Origin: Octopus bimaculoides | Lineage: Eukaryota | Length of the DNA stretch: 33,405 nt | Assembly: GCF_001194135.2 (NCBI RefSeq) | Contig: NC_068986.1 | Location: 1,798,988 to 1,832,392 of the forward strand | Reading direction: 5' to 3' | Part shown: in pieces, positions 1 to 8,868 of the stretch | Numbering within the stretch: the stretch's first letter is position 1 | How the letters are laid out: the number at the start of each line of letters is the position of its first letter | Position numbers and translations under genes: made by a program | The notes under the pieces: model-generated | Database searches by the model: none | The model's input: the letters and a program-made list of their open reading frames with translations, nothing else | Told to the model about the DNA's origin: nothing

Positions 1-63
<63 letters not shown>

Positions 64-100
64 GCGTGTGCGTGCATGCGTGTGCATGTACGTATGTGCG
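1..100. repeat. (TG)n microsatellite decaying into TGCG/TGCA units
   Basis: Direct: uninterrupted TG run 1-58, then degenerate units. Confidence 0.97.
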
Positions 101-480
101 TAGGTGTAGTGTATTTAATTTTGCAGAATCGTTACAAGAAGGCAATGAAAGAGTGTTTGTAAAAGAAAGGTGGTAACAATGAAAAAGTTAGCAAAGCACT
201 AGATGAGACGAAACTAAGGTTTCAGACAGAAAAAAATGATCCCACCAATCGAGCTGAACTCAATATCTGTCATATGAAGAGCAGCTTTACTAGCGTCGGC
301 ACCAAATATATTCTGCTCGATTAGTCCGTCAAATTAGCACTTAAAAGCATTTTATTGGATAAACTAACAATATTACTCGCCCTTATATCGCATGAAGATT
401 ATAAACAACTTCGTAGCCACCTCAACAGCCTTCAAACAAACTCTCCGTCCATCTATTGCCGTCTAACACATCCCAGTACT

Positions 481-753
481 ACATGTGCATGTAACTGAAT
501 GTGTCGGTGTATCTATGTGTATGCATATGAGAATGTATGTATATGCATACAAGCACTCACACACAAATAAACATGCAAACATACTTGCATACATACAAAC
601 GGACAGATAAGTTTCTGTATGCACATACATACATGCATACATGCATACATGCATACATGCATACATACATGCATACATACATACATATATACACACATAC
701 ATGCATACTACAAGCAGAGAGACAAATTTATGCATGTACATATATACATATAC

Positions 754-798
<45 letters not shown>

Positions 799-1008
799 NN
801 NNNNNNNNNNNNNNNNNNNNNNNNNNNNNNNNNNNNNNNNNNNNNNNNNNNNNNNNNNNNNNNNNNNNNNNNNNNNNNNNNNNNNNNNNNNNNNNNNNNN
901 NNNNNNNNNNNNNNNNNNNNNNNNNNNNNNNNNNNNNNNNNNNNNNNNNNNNNNNNNNNNNNNNNNNNNNNNNNNNNNNNATATATATATATATATACAT
1001 ACATATAT

Positions 1009-1041
<33 letters not shown>

Positions 1042-1120
1042 CATATATATGTATACTTACATACATACATACATAAACATGCATACACACGCACACACAC
1101 ACATACAGCATACATACATA
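481..1120. repeat. Compound (TACA)n/(CA)n/(TA)n microsatellite field spanning an assembly gap
   Basis: Direct: CATA/CA/TA arrays on both sides of the N run. Confidence 0.95.
799..980. other. Assembly gap (N run)
   Basis: 182 N flanked by (TA)n. Confidence 1.
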
Positions 1121-1421
1121 TTTTTGCTTTTTTGTTATTTTGTCTTGGCCCTTTGCTCGTGTTTCACTGTCAAAGGAGAAAAATAAAAAATAAAAAGCAC
1201 ACAAAAGAAACAGGAAATTACAAAATGAAGTAAGATTTAAAAAGAAGAAAAAGAAAGATGAAGGATTATAACATTTTTCATCTAATTTCACCCCCACACC
1301 CAACTCTACTCCCCGATATTGCCCCCTGAATTAAGAAGAAATCTCAGCATTCGAAGTGCGATGTTTACAAACGTAATAATGAATTGTTTATTAGGCGAGC
1401 TAATTTTATTATCCATGTTAG

Positions 1422-1496
1422 AGCAGTGAATTGTCTGCCACTATAATTGGTCCCCACAACGATTTCTGTTGTGTTGGAAATTGGATCACTGGTCAC
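1422..1496 (+). CDS. Candidate internal exon (SSELSATIIGPHNDFCCVGNWITGH), product unknown
   Basis: AG at 1420-1421 (alternative AG at 1425-1426), donor CAC|GTAAGT at 1497, one open frame. No homology recognised. Confidence 0.3.
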
Positions 1497-1670
1497 GTAA
1501 GTATCTGATAAATCATGTTTGAACCAAAAAAGGAAAGAAATAATTTGCGCTGGTATTATTTTCTTTCTGTTTAGGAAGAGAAAGAGTTTTATCTAAAATG
1601 CATCAGAAGGACTTTTCTTTTTTTCTTTTTTTTTTTCTTTTTTTTTTTTTTCTTAATCTGATAACAACAG

Positions 1671-1721
1671 AATCCAGACGTCACAACAGCTGAATGGATA
1701 AAATTACCGTCTCTTGATTGA
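1671..1721 (+). CDS. Candidate terminal exon (NPDVTTAEWIKLPSLD*)
   Basis: Long T tract (~1612-1655) then ACAG acceptor at 1669-1670. In phase with the 1422-1496 candidate across a 174-nt GT-AG intron. Confidence 0.3.
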   Translation, partial: NPDVTTAEWIKLPSLD

Positions 1722-1810
1722 AGTATCGGCAATCTTTGTTTGATGTTTATTATTTGGAAATGGATTTGAGAAATAAGGAAGCGTGACGGCTTTGCGCTTG
1801 TAGTATTTAT

Positions 1811-1885
1811 CGTTGCTTAGCTTCAGATCAAATCTGAGAAAGCAAACCTATGACAAGTATTCCAGCCTTGACCATCACGTCCTTT
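1811..1885 (+). mobile_element. Fragment of dispersed repeat family 3
   Basis: Shares GTTG.TTAG....AG.TCA...CT.A...CCTATGA...TTCCAGCC.TGACCA motif with 7384-7590, 25030-25192 and 32561-32710. Confidence 0.5.
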
Positions 1886-2274
1886 TAGAAGTATTTAGGG
1901 TTAACATAGAGTTTACTGACGTAAAAAAATGTGAAAGTAAATTGCCCTAACAAAATGAAAGTAAATGGTGGTAAAAACTGGAAGTGACGACAGTAACATC
2001 TCATAATTTCATGTAACATAACCAATGTATAGAATGTATATACATACTTAATATAGCATGAAGATCGTACATGTATTTTTTATATAAGAGGTAAACAATT
2101 ATATCTACAGGAAAGCATACCAGTCATTGATGCATGAAATGAGATCATTAATAGTTTTACATAATCTCTAAATTTGCTCCGCCAAACATGCCCATGAAGA
2201 TAAATCATCGCTAGTCCCACATTGTCGCTTCACTTTCTTCTTGGCGAGTGTGTTCCGGTTTCTTATCTTTTCAG

Positions 2275-2328
2275 GATATCATGTGACATTACGCATGATT
2301 TTGTTTTTATAAAGCGCCGTTCCGTTAG
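2275..2328 (+). other. Candidate 54-nt exon
   Basis: Acceptor TTTCTTATCTTTTCAG|G, donor TTAG|GTAATA. Open only in phase 2 (ISCDITHDFVFIKRRSV). Confidence 0.4.
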
Positions 2329-2385
2329 GTAATACACCTCCGCATATTTTTTAGGTGGTATGTCACCATATATAACAGTAACACT

Positions 2386-2400
2386 ATATGTATGTGTGTG

Positions 2401-2432
<32 letters not shown>
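2386..2432. repeat. (TATG)n/(TG)n microsatellite
   Basis: Direct. Confidence 0.9.
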
Positions 2433-2601
2433 GTCAAATTGAATAAACGAACAATAATAAGAGGACGTGCACATGGAATGTTTTGATTTGACGCTCAGTA
2501 AAAAGAGTTTTTGACGTTTCGAGCATAGCTCTTTGTCGGAAAGGAAAAAGGGAAAAGACCAAAGAAGGAAAAACCACCAACAGCACGTGTGTAATTACGT
2601 T

Positions 2602-2619
2602 GCTCTCTCTCACTCTCTC

Positions 2620-2679
<60 letters not shown>

Positions 2680-2680
2680 A
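2602..2680. repeat. (CT)n(CA)n compound microsatellite
   Basis: Direct. Confidence 0.95.
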
Positions 2681-2707
2681 CTTCACTTTAACTCTATGGA
2701 TTTCCAG

Positions 2708-2757
2708 GAATTCTGTAGGAAACTTATAGAGTGAATACACCGCACTGCCAACACAAG
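2708..2757 (+). other. Candidate exon, probably non-coding
   Basis: TTTCCAG|G acceptor, AAG|GTAAGC donor, stops in all three frames. An alternative AG at 2717-2718 gives an open 39-nt exon (ETYRVNTPHCQHK). Confidence 0.5.
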
Positions 2758-2856
2758 GTAAGCAGAGTATTGATTTGTAAACCTTTAATATACTTGGCAG
2801 TATTAAATGTTGCTTGGAAAGTTTGTTTTTTTTTTGTCAGGGAATGGATTAACTAA

Positions 2857-2934
2857 ATGTCGTATCTCACAAAATATGTTGAGTATAATCGTGAGGAACT
2901 TCTAAAGATTGGTGTAAAATCTTCAGCAATTTAA
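2857..2934 (+). CDS. Small ORF / possible first coding exon MSYLTKYVEYNREELLKIGVKSSAI*
   Basis: Lies in an exon that starts at 2841 after a strong 83-nt intron (GTAAGC...T-run GTCAG). Contains YNREELL, which fits YxxxxL-phi. Confidence 0.3.
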   Translation: MSYLTKYVEYNREELLKIGVKSSAI

Positions 2935-2941
2935 CTAGGAT

Positions 2942-3100
2942 CAGAGCCGGCCCTAGGGTTGTTGGCGCCCCGAACAAGCTGAACTTGAGCGTGTACAAGC
3001 TGACGGTCGTGGAAATTTCCTTGTTTGTGTCGCGCCCTCCTTGGCGCGCTCTGGTGTCCCAGGCAACTGCCCGAGTTCCCAGGACCGTGAGCCGGCTCTG
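2942..3100. mobile_element. hAT-type MITE (159 bp)
   Basis: Perfect 10-bp TIRs CAGAGCCGGC (2942-2951) / GCCGGCTCTG (3091-3100). 8-bp flanks ACTAGGAT / ACTAGAAC (6/8) fit a hAT TSD. GC-rich island. Confidence 0.85.
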
Positions 3101-3364
3101 ACTAGAACGTTCCTCCGTTAACTCGGCCTTGTTGAAGTTACACACCTTTGTATTTCTGAATTTTGGTTTTGTAATAATCTAACAAGTGACTAAATGTCTA
3201 CAATGTCTTTTGTATAATGTACTTGCTTCAGTTTCAGAACTTTTGGTTGGAATTAACAAATACCATGTGATTCTCAGATATAGCGCCGATAGAAGCAGAC
3301 AAGTTAGTAGTGATTCGCAGACTTTTTACAATAACTTTCTGGGTGTTTTTCTCTTTCTAGCCGT

Positions 3365-3373
3365 CTCTCTTCT

Positions 3374-3450
<77 letters not shown>
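3365..3450. repeat. (CT)n microsatellite
   Basis: Direct. Confidence 0.97.
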
Positions 3451-3453
<3 letters not shown>

Positions 3454-3589
3454 ATCGTCTCTCTTCCTCTCCTTTTTCTATTTGCTGCAGTATGAGGTTG
3501 CTGATCGCATAGAAGCCTCACAAATTTTATTTAAAAAAAAAACAAAAAAAGAGGAAAAGCACAAGCTTATTCTTGGATTAATAATCATA

Positions 3590-3636
3590 GCAGCAGCAGT
3601 AGCAACAACAACAGTAGTAGTAGTAGTAATAGTAGC

Positions 3637-3696
<60 letters not shown>

Positions 3697-3780
3697 GGTA
3701 GTGGTAGTAGTGGTGGTGGAGGGGGTAGCGACCGCGCTAGTAGTAGTAGTAGTAGTAGTAACAACAGCAGCAACAGCTGG
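3590..3780. repeat. Compound trinucleotide array (AGC/AAC/AGT/GGT)n
   Basis: Direct. Source of the poly-V/T/L pseudo-ORFs. Confidence 0.95.
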
Positions 3781-3903
3781 AGCCATATTAGAAACATAAA
3801 CATCAGAATCGACAGCAACCATGATGTATCTTATTCCTCAAGGCGTTTTATCTCTTTCGTACGCGCCTCTGTTTCATTAACGTTTCTATTTTAAAGTAGT
3901 TTT

Positions 3904-3906
<3 letters not shown>

Positions 3907-3934
<28 letters not shown>
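3907..3934. repeat. (CA)n microsatellite
   Basis: Direct. Confidence 0.95.
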
Positions 3935-3938
<4 letters not shown>

Positions 3939-4569
3939 CACTGATTATAATTGGGAATGGTGATATCTCAAAGGTTAAATTGCAATCTTTATCGACTCAT
4001 TGTTAGAAGTGGCTTAAAGGTTCCGCTTTCGTAAGTCGCTACACAAATATATTCCTGCTTTCAATTTGCATGCCAACCTGTACCATCAAAAGAATAAGAA
4101 CGGGTGACTTAGGTTATCAACCTTAACCGGATGTTTTAAGTTGACATTCAGCTTATGCTTCATAGAAAGGAATATGAAAAGTGTTCCATTTACGAAAGGA
4201 AAGCAGAACCTCCAGACTGAATGAAGAAGACGAAGAAGACCTCTATTGTTTAATCAGGAGAAAGAAGAATGCGCCCATAACTTTCCCAGGTTATTGAGAT
4301 TGATGTGGTTGATCTTCAGTTTGAAATTCTCTAACTTAATGTCTCCTGGAAAACGCGGATGCTCCGAAAGGGAAGGATTACGCGAAATGGTTTGCGAAGG
4401 ACTTTTAGACATTTTTATTTATTGTTATATTGCAATTGAACAATAGTGTGGGACGGTTCAGAATTCCAACAGACCAATCTGATTTAAGCTTTTGTTTGTT
4501 TGTTTTCGAAATTCCTTGTTAATATAATTGCACACTAATTGATTGTGTATCTTCAGAGAGATTTTAAAT

Positions 4570-4788
4570 GTTGGTCTCAAATTTTAGCACAAAGTCAGTA
4601 ATATCTGGAAGGGGGTAAGTCGATTACATCGACCCCAGTGTTCAACTGGTACTTATTTTATCGACCCTGAAAGGTTGAAAGGCAAAGTCGACTTCAGCGA
4701 AATTTGAACTCAGAACGTAAGGACGGACGAAATGCCGCTAAGCATTTTGCCCGGCGCTGTAACGATTCTGCCAGCTCGCCGCTTTGAG
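4570..4788 (-). mobile_element. tRNA-derived SINE, family 2, full length
   Basis: Minus strand reads GCGGCGAGCTGGCAGAATCGTTA (A-box-like)...GAGTTCAAATT (B-box-like)...ATAAGTACCAG...CTGGGGTCGAT. Perfect 15-bp TSD AGAGAGATTTTAAAT at 4555-4569 and 4789-4803. Confidence 0.9.
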
Positions 4789-4872
4789 AGAGAGATTTTA
4801 AATATTGAGCATAGATACATGAAAGAGTCATCCATTATGCAAATGTGTTGCTTTAATCTTAAAGATTTTAAC

Positions 4873-5246
4873 TAAAACAAGAGCGTTCAGAGAGCACAAA
4901 CCTCCGCCGAGGCAACACCAGCGTCTTCTCGCCGATTAACCGGAGATGATTTTTTAGAGTGAGAATATCTGAAATAAACTCCACTGATCTCACAAACGAG
5001 AATACTAAAAAGGAACCCGACCACTCTCAAAAATTAAGTATATAAAAAAAAGGAAAAATAATCCAGAATCCTTGACCGGTACCGGATCGATCCCAAAATC
5101 TAATCAGTTCTTGTCCGTCACGAGGCCAAATATCCCTGAAAGTTTCATCCGAATCTATCCAGCAGTTCTTGAGATATCTTGTCCACGGACAAACAAACAA
5201 ACACGACTGAAAACAATACCTCCGCTTTCGTTAAAGTGGAGGTAAT
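4873..5246 (+). mobile_element. Helentron-associated non-autonomous element (HINE/DINE-1/pearl-like)
   Basis: 5' AAACAAGAGC...ACCTCCGCC subterminal motif (4900-4908), (CAAA)n at ~5190-5203, 3' stem-loop TACCTCCGCTTT-CGTT-AAAGTGGAGGTA (5217-5244) complementary to the 5' motif. Class assignment comes from this architecture. Confidence 0.65.
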
Positions 5247-5594
5247 AAGCTTTTCTTCCATCACAAACTAATAACGTCTGCTTTGATCGTGTCACGATTT
5301 TTTCCTATCTCCAGTTACGACAGAAATTTCAATTAATTAAGACGTTTCTGGTTACAGTATTCACTGTTTCCTCTCTTGACTTATTTATTCATCCAAATTC
5401 ATATCATCGGTGCATTTCAGTTATTTCCTTTAGCTCATGTTATTATTTTAATTATTCATGTGGTATTGGCCAAAATAATCTTTGATAACTTATCAAGCAG
5501 CTTTAAGTAGACTGTACTATTATCTTGGTGAAGGCTCATAGGCCGAGATATGGCCATTGTTTACCCTTGACTGCAAAATCACACTATGCATGTA

Positions 5595-5788
5595 TCTTTT
5601 ATCTTTAATCTTTTGTTTGTTCTAGTCATTGGACTGCGACCATACTGGAGCATTGGTTTCAAGACTTTAGTCGAAGAAATCGACCCCAGTACTTATTTTT
5701 AAGTCTGGCACTTATTCTAACGGTCTCTTCCACCGAACCGCTAAGTTGCGATTGTCGAGCAATGGGAACGCAAACACAAGCACAACGC

Positions 5789-5844
<56 letters not shown>

Positions 5845-5987
5845 TACATACATAAATACATACGTACATACATACATACGTACATACATATGTTTCTGTC
5901 TCCCAAATTCACTCGTATGGCAGTGGTTAATCCGAGGGTATTGTAGAAGACACTGGCCCAAAGTGTCGTGCACTGGGCCTGAACTGT
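5595..5987 (-). mobile_element. tRNA-derived SINE, family 1, with internal (CA)n/(TACA)n expansion; extreme 5' end missing
   Basis: Colinear with 6462-6872 and 14551-14910. (TAAAAGA)-like tail at ~5595-5615. Confidence 0.88.
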
Positions 5988-6248
5988 GAGATATTAATTC
6001 CTAATTCATTGAAATTACCCCCCCCCCTTTAGGAAGCGTCGTTAATAATTGTCACTAAGTTTTATATTTTCTTTCTCCAACGAAGACAGAAATTTCATTG
6101 AATTAAGCTTTTTGTGAGCGGCAATCAGTTCTACACTCTTTAGTTTATTCACATTTCGACTCCTTTAGACCAATATATTCATATTAATGACAATAAAAGA
6201 TATTTAATTGGTGAAAATTTTCTATAAGCTTTTATAATATTCAGTTAT

Positions 6249-6446
6249 GGTAAGGCGGCGAGCTGGCAGAGTGGTTAGCACGCCGGGCGAAATGCTTAGC
6301 GGTATTTCGTCTGTCTTTACGCCGAGGTCGACTTTGCCTTTCATCCTTTCGAGGTCGATAAATTACGTACCAGTTGCGTACTGGGATCGATCTAATCGAT
6401 TAGCCCCTCCCCCAAAATTTCGGACCTTTTTCCTAGAGTAGAAAAG
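6249..6446 (+). mobile_element. SINE family 2 with B-box deleted
   Basis: 13-bp TSD AATATTCAGTTAT at 6236-6248 and 6447-6459. Lacks the TTCTGAGTTCAAATT segment present in 4570-4788. Confidence 0.9.
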
Positions 6447-6461
6447 AATATTCAGTTATAG

Positions 6462-6872
6462 TTGCAGGCGTGGCTGTGTGGTTGAGAAGCTTGCTTCCCA
6501 ACCATGAGGTCTTGGGTTCAGTTCCACGGCGTGTCACCTTGGGTAAGGGTTCTTCTGCTAAAGCTCCGGGCCGACCAAAGTCGCGTGAGAGGATTTGGTA
6601 GACGTAAAGTGAAAGAAGTCCGTCGTCTACATACATACGTGTGTGTGTGTGCACGTGTACGTATCCGTGTTTGTGCTTGTCGACTACCACTGCTTGATAA
6701 CCGGTGTTGGTTTGTTTATGTTTGCGTAACTTAGCGGTGCGGGAAAAGAAATCGATATAATAAGTACCAGACTTAAATTAAGTCCTGGGGGAAAGGCGAT
6801 TTGTTCGACTGAACCCATCAGATGTAGTGTCCCAGAGTGGTCGCGGTCCAATGACTGCAACAAGTAAAAGAA
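6462..6872 (+). mobile_element. SINE family 1, full length
   Basis: A-box-like TGGCTGTGTGG, B-box-like GGTTCAGTTCC, internal TG tract, ATAAGTACCAG...CCTGGGG core, ends ATGACTGCAACAAGTAAAAGA. Confidence 0.9.
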
Positions 6873-7383
6873 ACTGAAAGGTATTATTTTTATTTACCTT
6901 CTCATTTTGTCCTTTCCTAACTTATAAACTTTGCTTCTCTCGTTTATGTCACAGTAAATCAGTATAAATATATATTCACAGGTTTTAAGTCGTTGTAGCC
7001 GGCTTAATACATGGTCGGGATTATTTTCACGTGAATTTCTTATGCAACGAATATAACCGATTGTAATCACTTTTATTTGGCGAATAATTATTGTAATTTG
7101 TTCATTTCTAAGTTATTTCAGGCATATTAAGGTTCAGTATAAGAATAAAGAATGGTTTTGTTGAATTTATTATACTGCTGCAACTGAATAAACACTATGT
7201 CACTCATCAATTTAATCTTTTGATCAGTTGAAGAATTATATCGTTATCTTGCTGGCATAACAGTTGATTGATTGATCGTTGCCATAACAACGAGCAAATT
7301 CATAATGGCTCTATTTAATTTTATTTTATTTAGCTAATAAAACTATTGCTAGCAAATATCTAATTTCCTGTACTCCATGCGAT

Positions 7384-7590
7384 TGTTGTCGTTTCGCCCC
7401 AGGACAGCTCTGATTGAGAAGACTTAAGATCAAAAGCTTCTCAGTCGTAACCGCCCGTATTTTCCCAGACAAAATGTAGCGAAGTAACACATTATCAAAT
7501 ATAATTTTAGATACCATCTTTTTCTAAGACAACAGAATGTCATATAAGAGAAGTTTGGCTGCTATTTTTGTTGGGTTGAAGAGACTTCCA
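7384..7590 (+). mobile_element. Dispersed repeat family 3 copy
   Basis: GTTGTCGTTTCGCCCCAGGACAGCTCTGAT... and GAGAAGTTTGGCTGCTATTT motifs shared with the 25030 and 32561 copies. Confidence 0.55.
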
Positions 7591-7730
7591 TTAGCGTCGA
7601 TATAGCAGATTTTAACCGCATGGCAGATGGCAATCTGAGCATAAAGGGAAATTAGGACAGCTGTCCGAAGAACTAAATACGGGGAAACTTAGTCGCAACG
7701 GACTAAAGCGTATACCCACTAATGAATAAA

Positions 7731-7908
7731 AATATTGGTTTCAAATTTTAACACAAGGTCAGCACTTACTGGTACTTATTTTATCGATCCCGAAAAGCTG
7801 AAAGGTAAAGCCGAGCTTGGCGGAATTCAAACTCAGAACATAGAAACGGACGAAATGCCGCTAAACATTTTGTCCGGCGTGGAAACAATTCTGCCAACTC
7901 GCCGCTTT
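7731..7908 (-). mobile_element. SINE family 2, tandem copy A (3' internal deletion)
   Basis: Colinear with 4570-4788 but missing the ~45-nt CTGGGG-CGAT segment. Confidence 0.85.
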
Positions 7909-7920
7909 ACTAAATTAAAA

Positions 7921-8126
7921 ATATTGGTTTCAAATTTTTGTTCAAGGCCACCAAGTTCAAGGGAGGATTAAAGTCGATTACATCGGCCCCAGTGTTCAAC
8001 TGGTACTTATTTTATCGATCCCGATAAGATGAAAGACAAAGTCGACCTCGGCGGAAATTTGAACTTAGAACTACCGCTAGGCATATTTTGCTTGGCGTGC
8101 TAACGACGTTTCCAGCTCGCTGCCTT
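7921..8126 (-). mobile_element. SINE family 2, tandem copy B (deletion in head)
   Basis: Colinear with 4570-4788 but missing the GACGAAAT region. Confidence 0.85.
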
Positions 8127-8183
8127 ACTAAATAAAAGTATTAAACTCTGTATTTTTGCTTTGAGTTCTCTCTTGTTTAAAAG

Positions 8184-8255
8184 TGTTCACCGACGCAGGC
8201 AATACTCAGGGCACTCATCTGCAACTGTTGAAATCAATCCAACTGTCCACCAACG
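8184..8255 (+). CDS. Candidate 72-nt symmetric exon
   Basis: TTCTCTCTTGTTTAAAAG| acceptor, ACG|GTTAGT donor. Open in phase 1 (FTDAGNTQGTHLQLLKSIQLSTN) and phase 2 (VHRRRQYSGHSSATVEINPTVHQ). Confidence 0.3.
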
Positions 8256-8779
8256 GTTAGTTAGATAATTTCAATTTAATTTAGTTAATTTCAATGCTAT
8301 TCCATAATTATTACTGTCTACAATTTCACGGGTTTCGACTCTGATGCTTATTCTAAAGAATGCTTTTAATTTATCATAGTAGTAGTCGTAGTGTATGTGA
8401 CAGAGTTTCATTGCAGAGCCAAAGAAGTGATAGCCTGGAACAGTTTGGAAATCATTGCTTGAATATCTTGTTTAGTATTCTTCCGTTAATTAAAACCTTA
8501 GTATATTTTTATTAATTTAATTTAATTAAACCAACAAAGACACCTCTTTTAGCAGCACTTCGGCCAATAAATGCAATCGCTAATGTCACGTATTTTCTAT
8601 AGAACAACAATCTAAATGCAGATAAACAAAAATATATATAAAGTCGCCATTTTTTTTTTATTACACTAATTCCATTAAATCCATCAGTCAGTAAACCATA
8701 CAAATCTTGCATCTTTTTACTAGATCACGCTTAAGGGCCCCAATAGTAAACGTGATACTACTTTTAAATAATCATATAG

Positions 8780-8868
8780 TATCATCAACTTGGCGTACAA
8801 CCGAGCTTTTCTAATGATGAGGTTGTTTGGTCATATGACGTTCGTGCTATTCCCGAAGGCATCAGCGA
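8780..8868 (+). CDS. Candidate exon (YHQLGVQPSFSNDEVVWSYDVRAIPEGIS)
   Basis: TAG acceptor at 8778-8779, GA|GTAAGT donor at 8869, locally raised GC. No homology recognised. Confidence 0.35.

Noticed and set aside
463-1303. Several 135-204 aa ORFs (YIYI/HTHT-rich)
   Set aside because: Translations of microsatellites plus the N gap; not coding.
3478-3822. Poly-T/V/L ORFs resembling mucin or membrane proteins
   Set aside because: Produced by (AGT)n/(GGT)n arrays; open in several frames at once.
4246-4402. Minus-strand 52-aa ORF containing GDIKLENF, resembling the kinase HRDIKLEN loop
   Set aside because: No preceding His-Arg, no DFG downstream and only a weak donor; probably chance.
6462-6540. 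tRNA gene (A/B-box-like motifs)
   Set aside because: Followed by SINE body and tail and present in many diverged copies; a tRNA-derived SINE head, not a tRNA.
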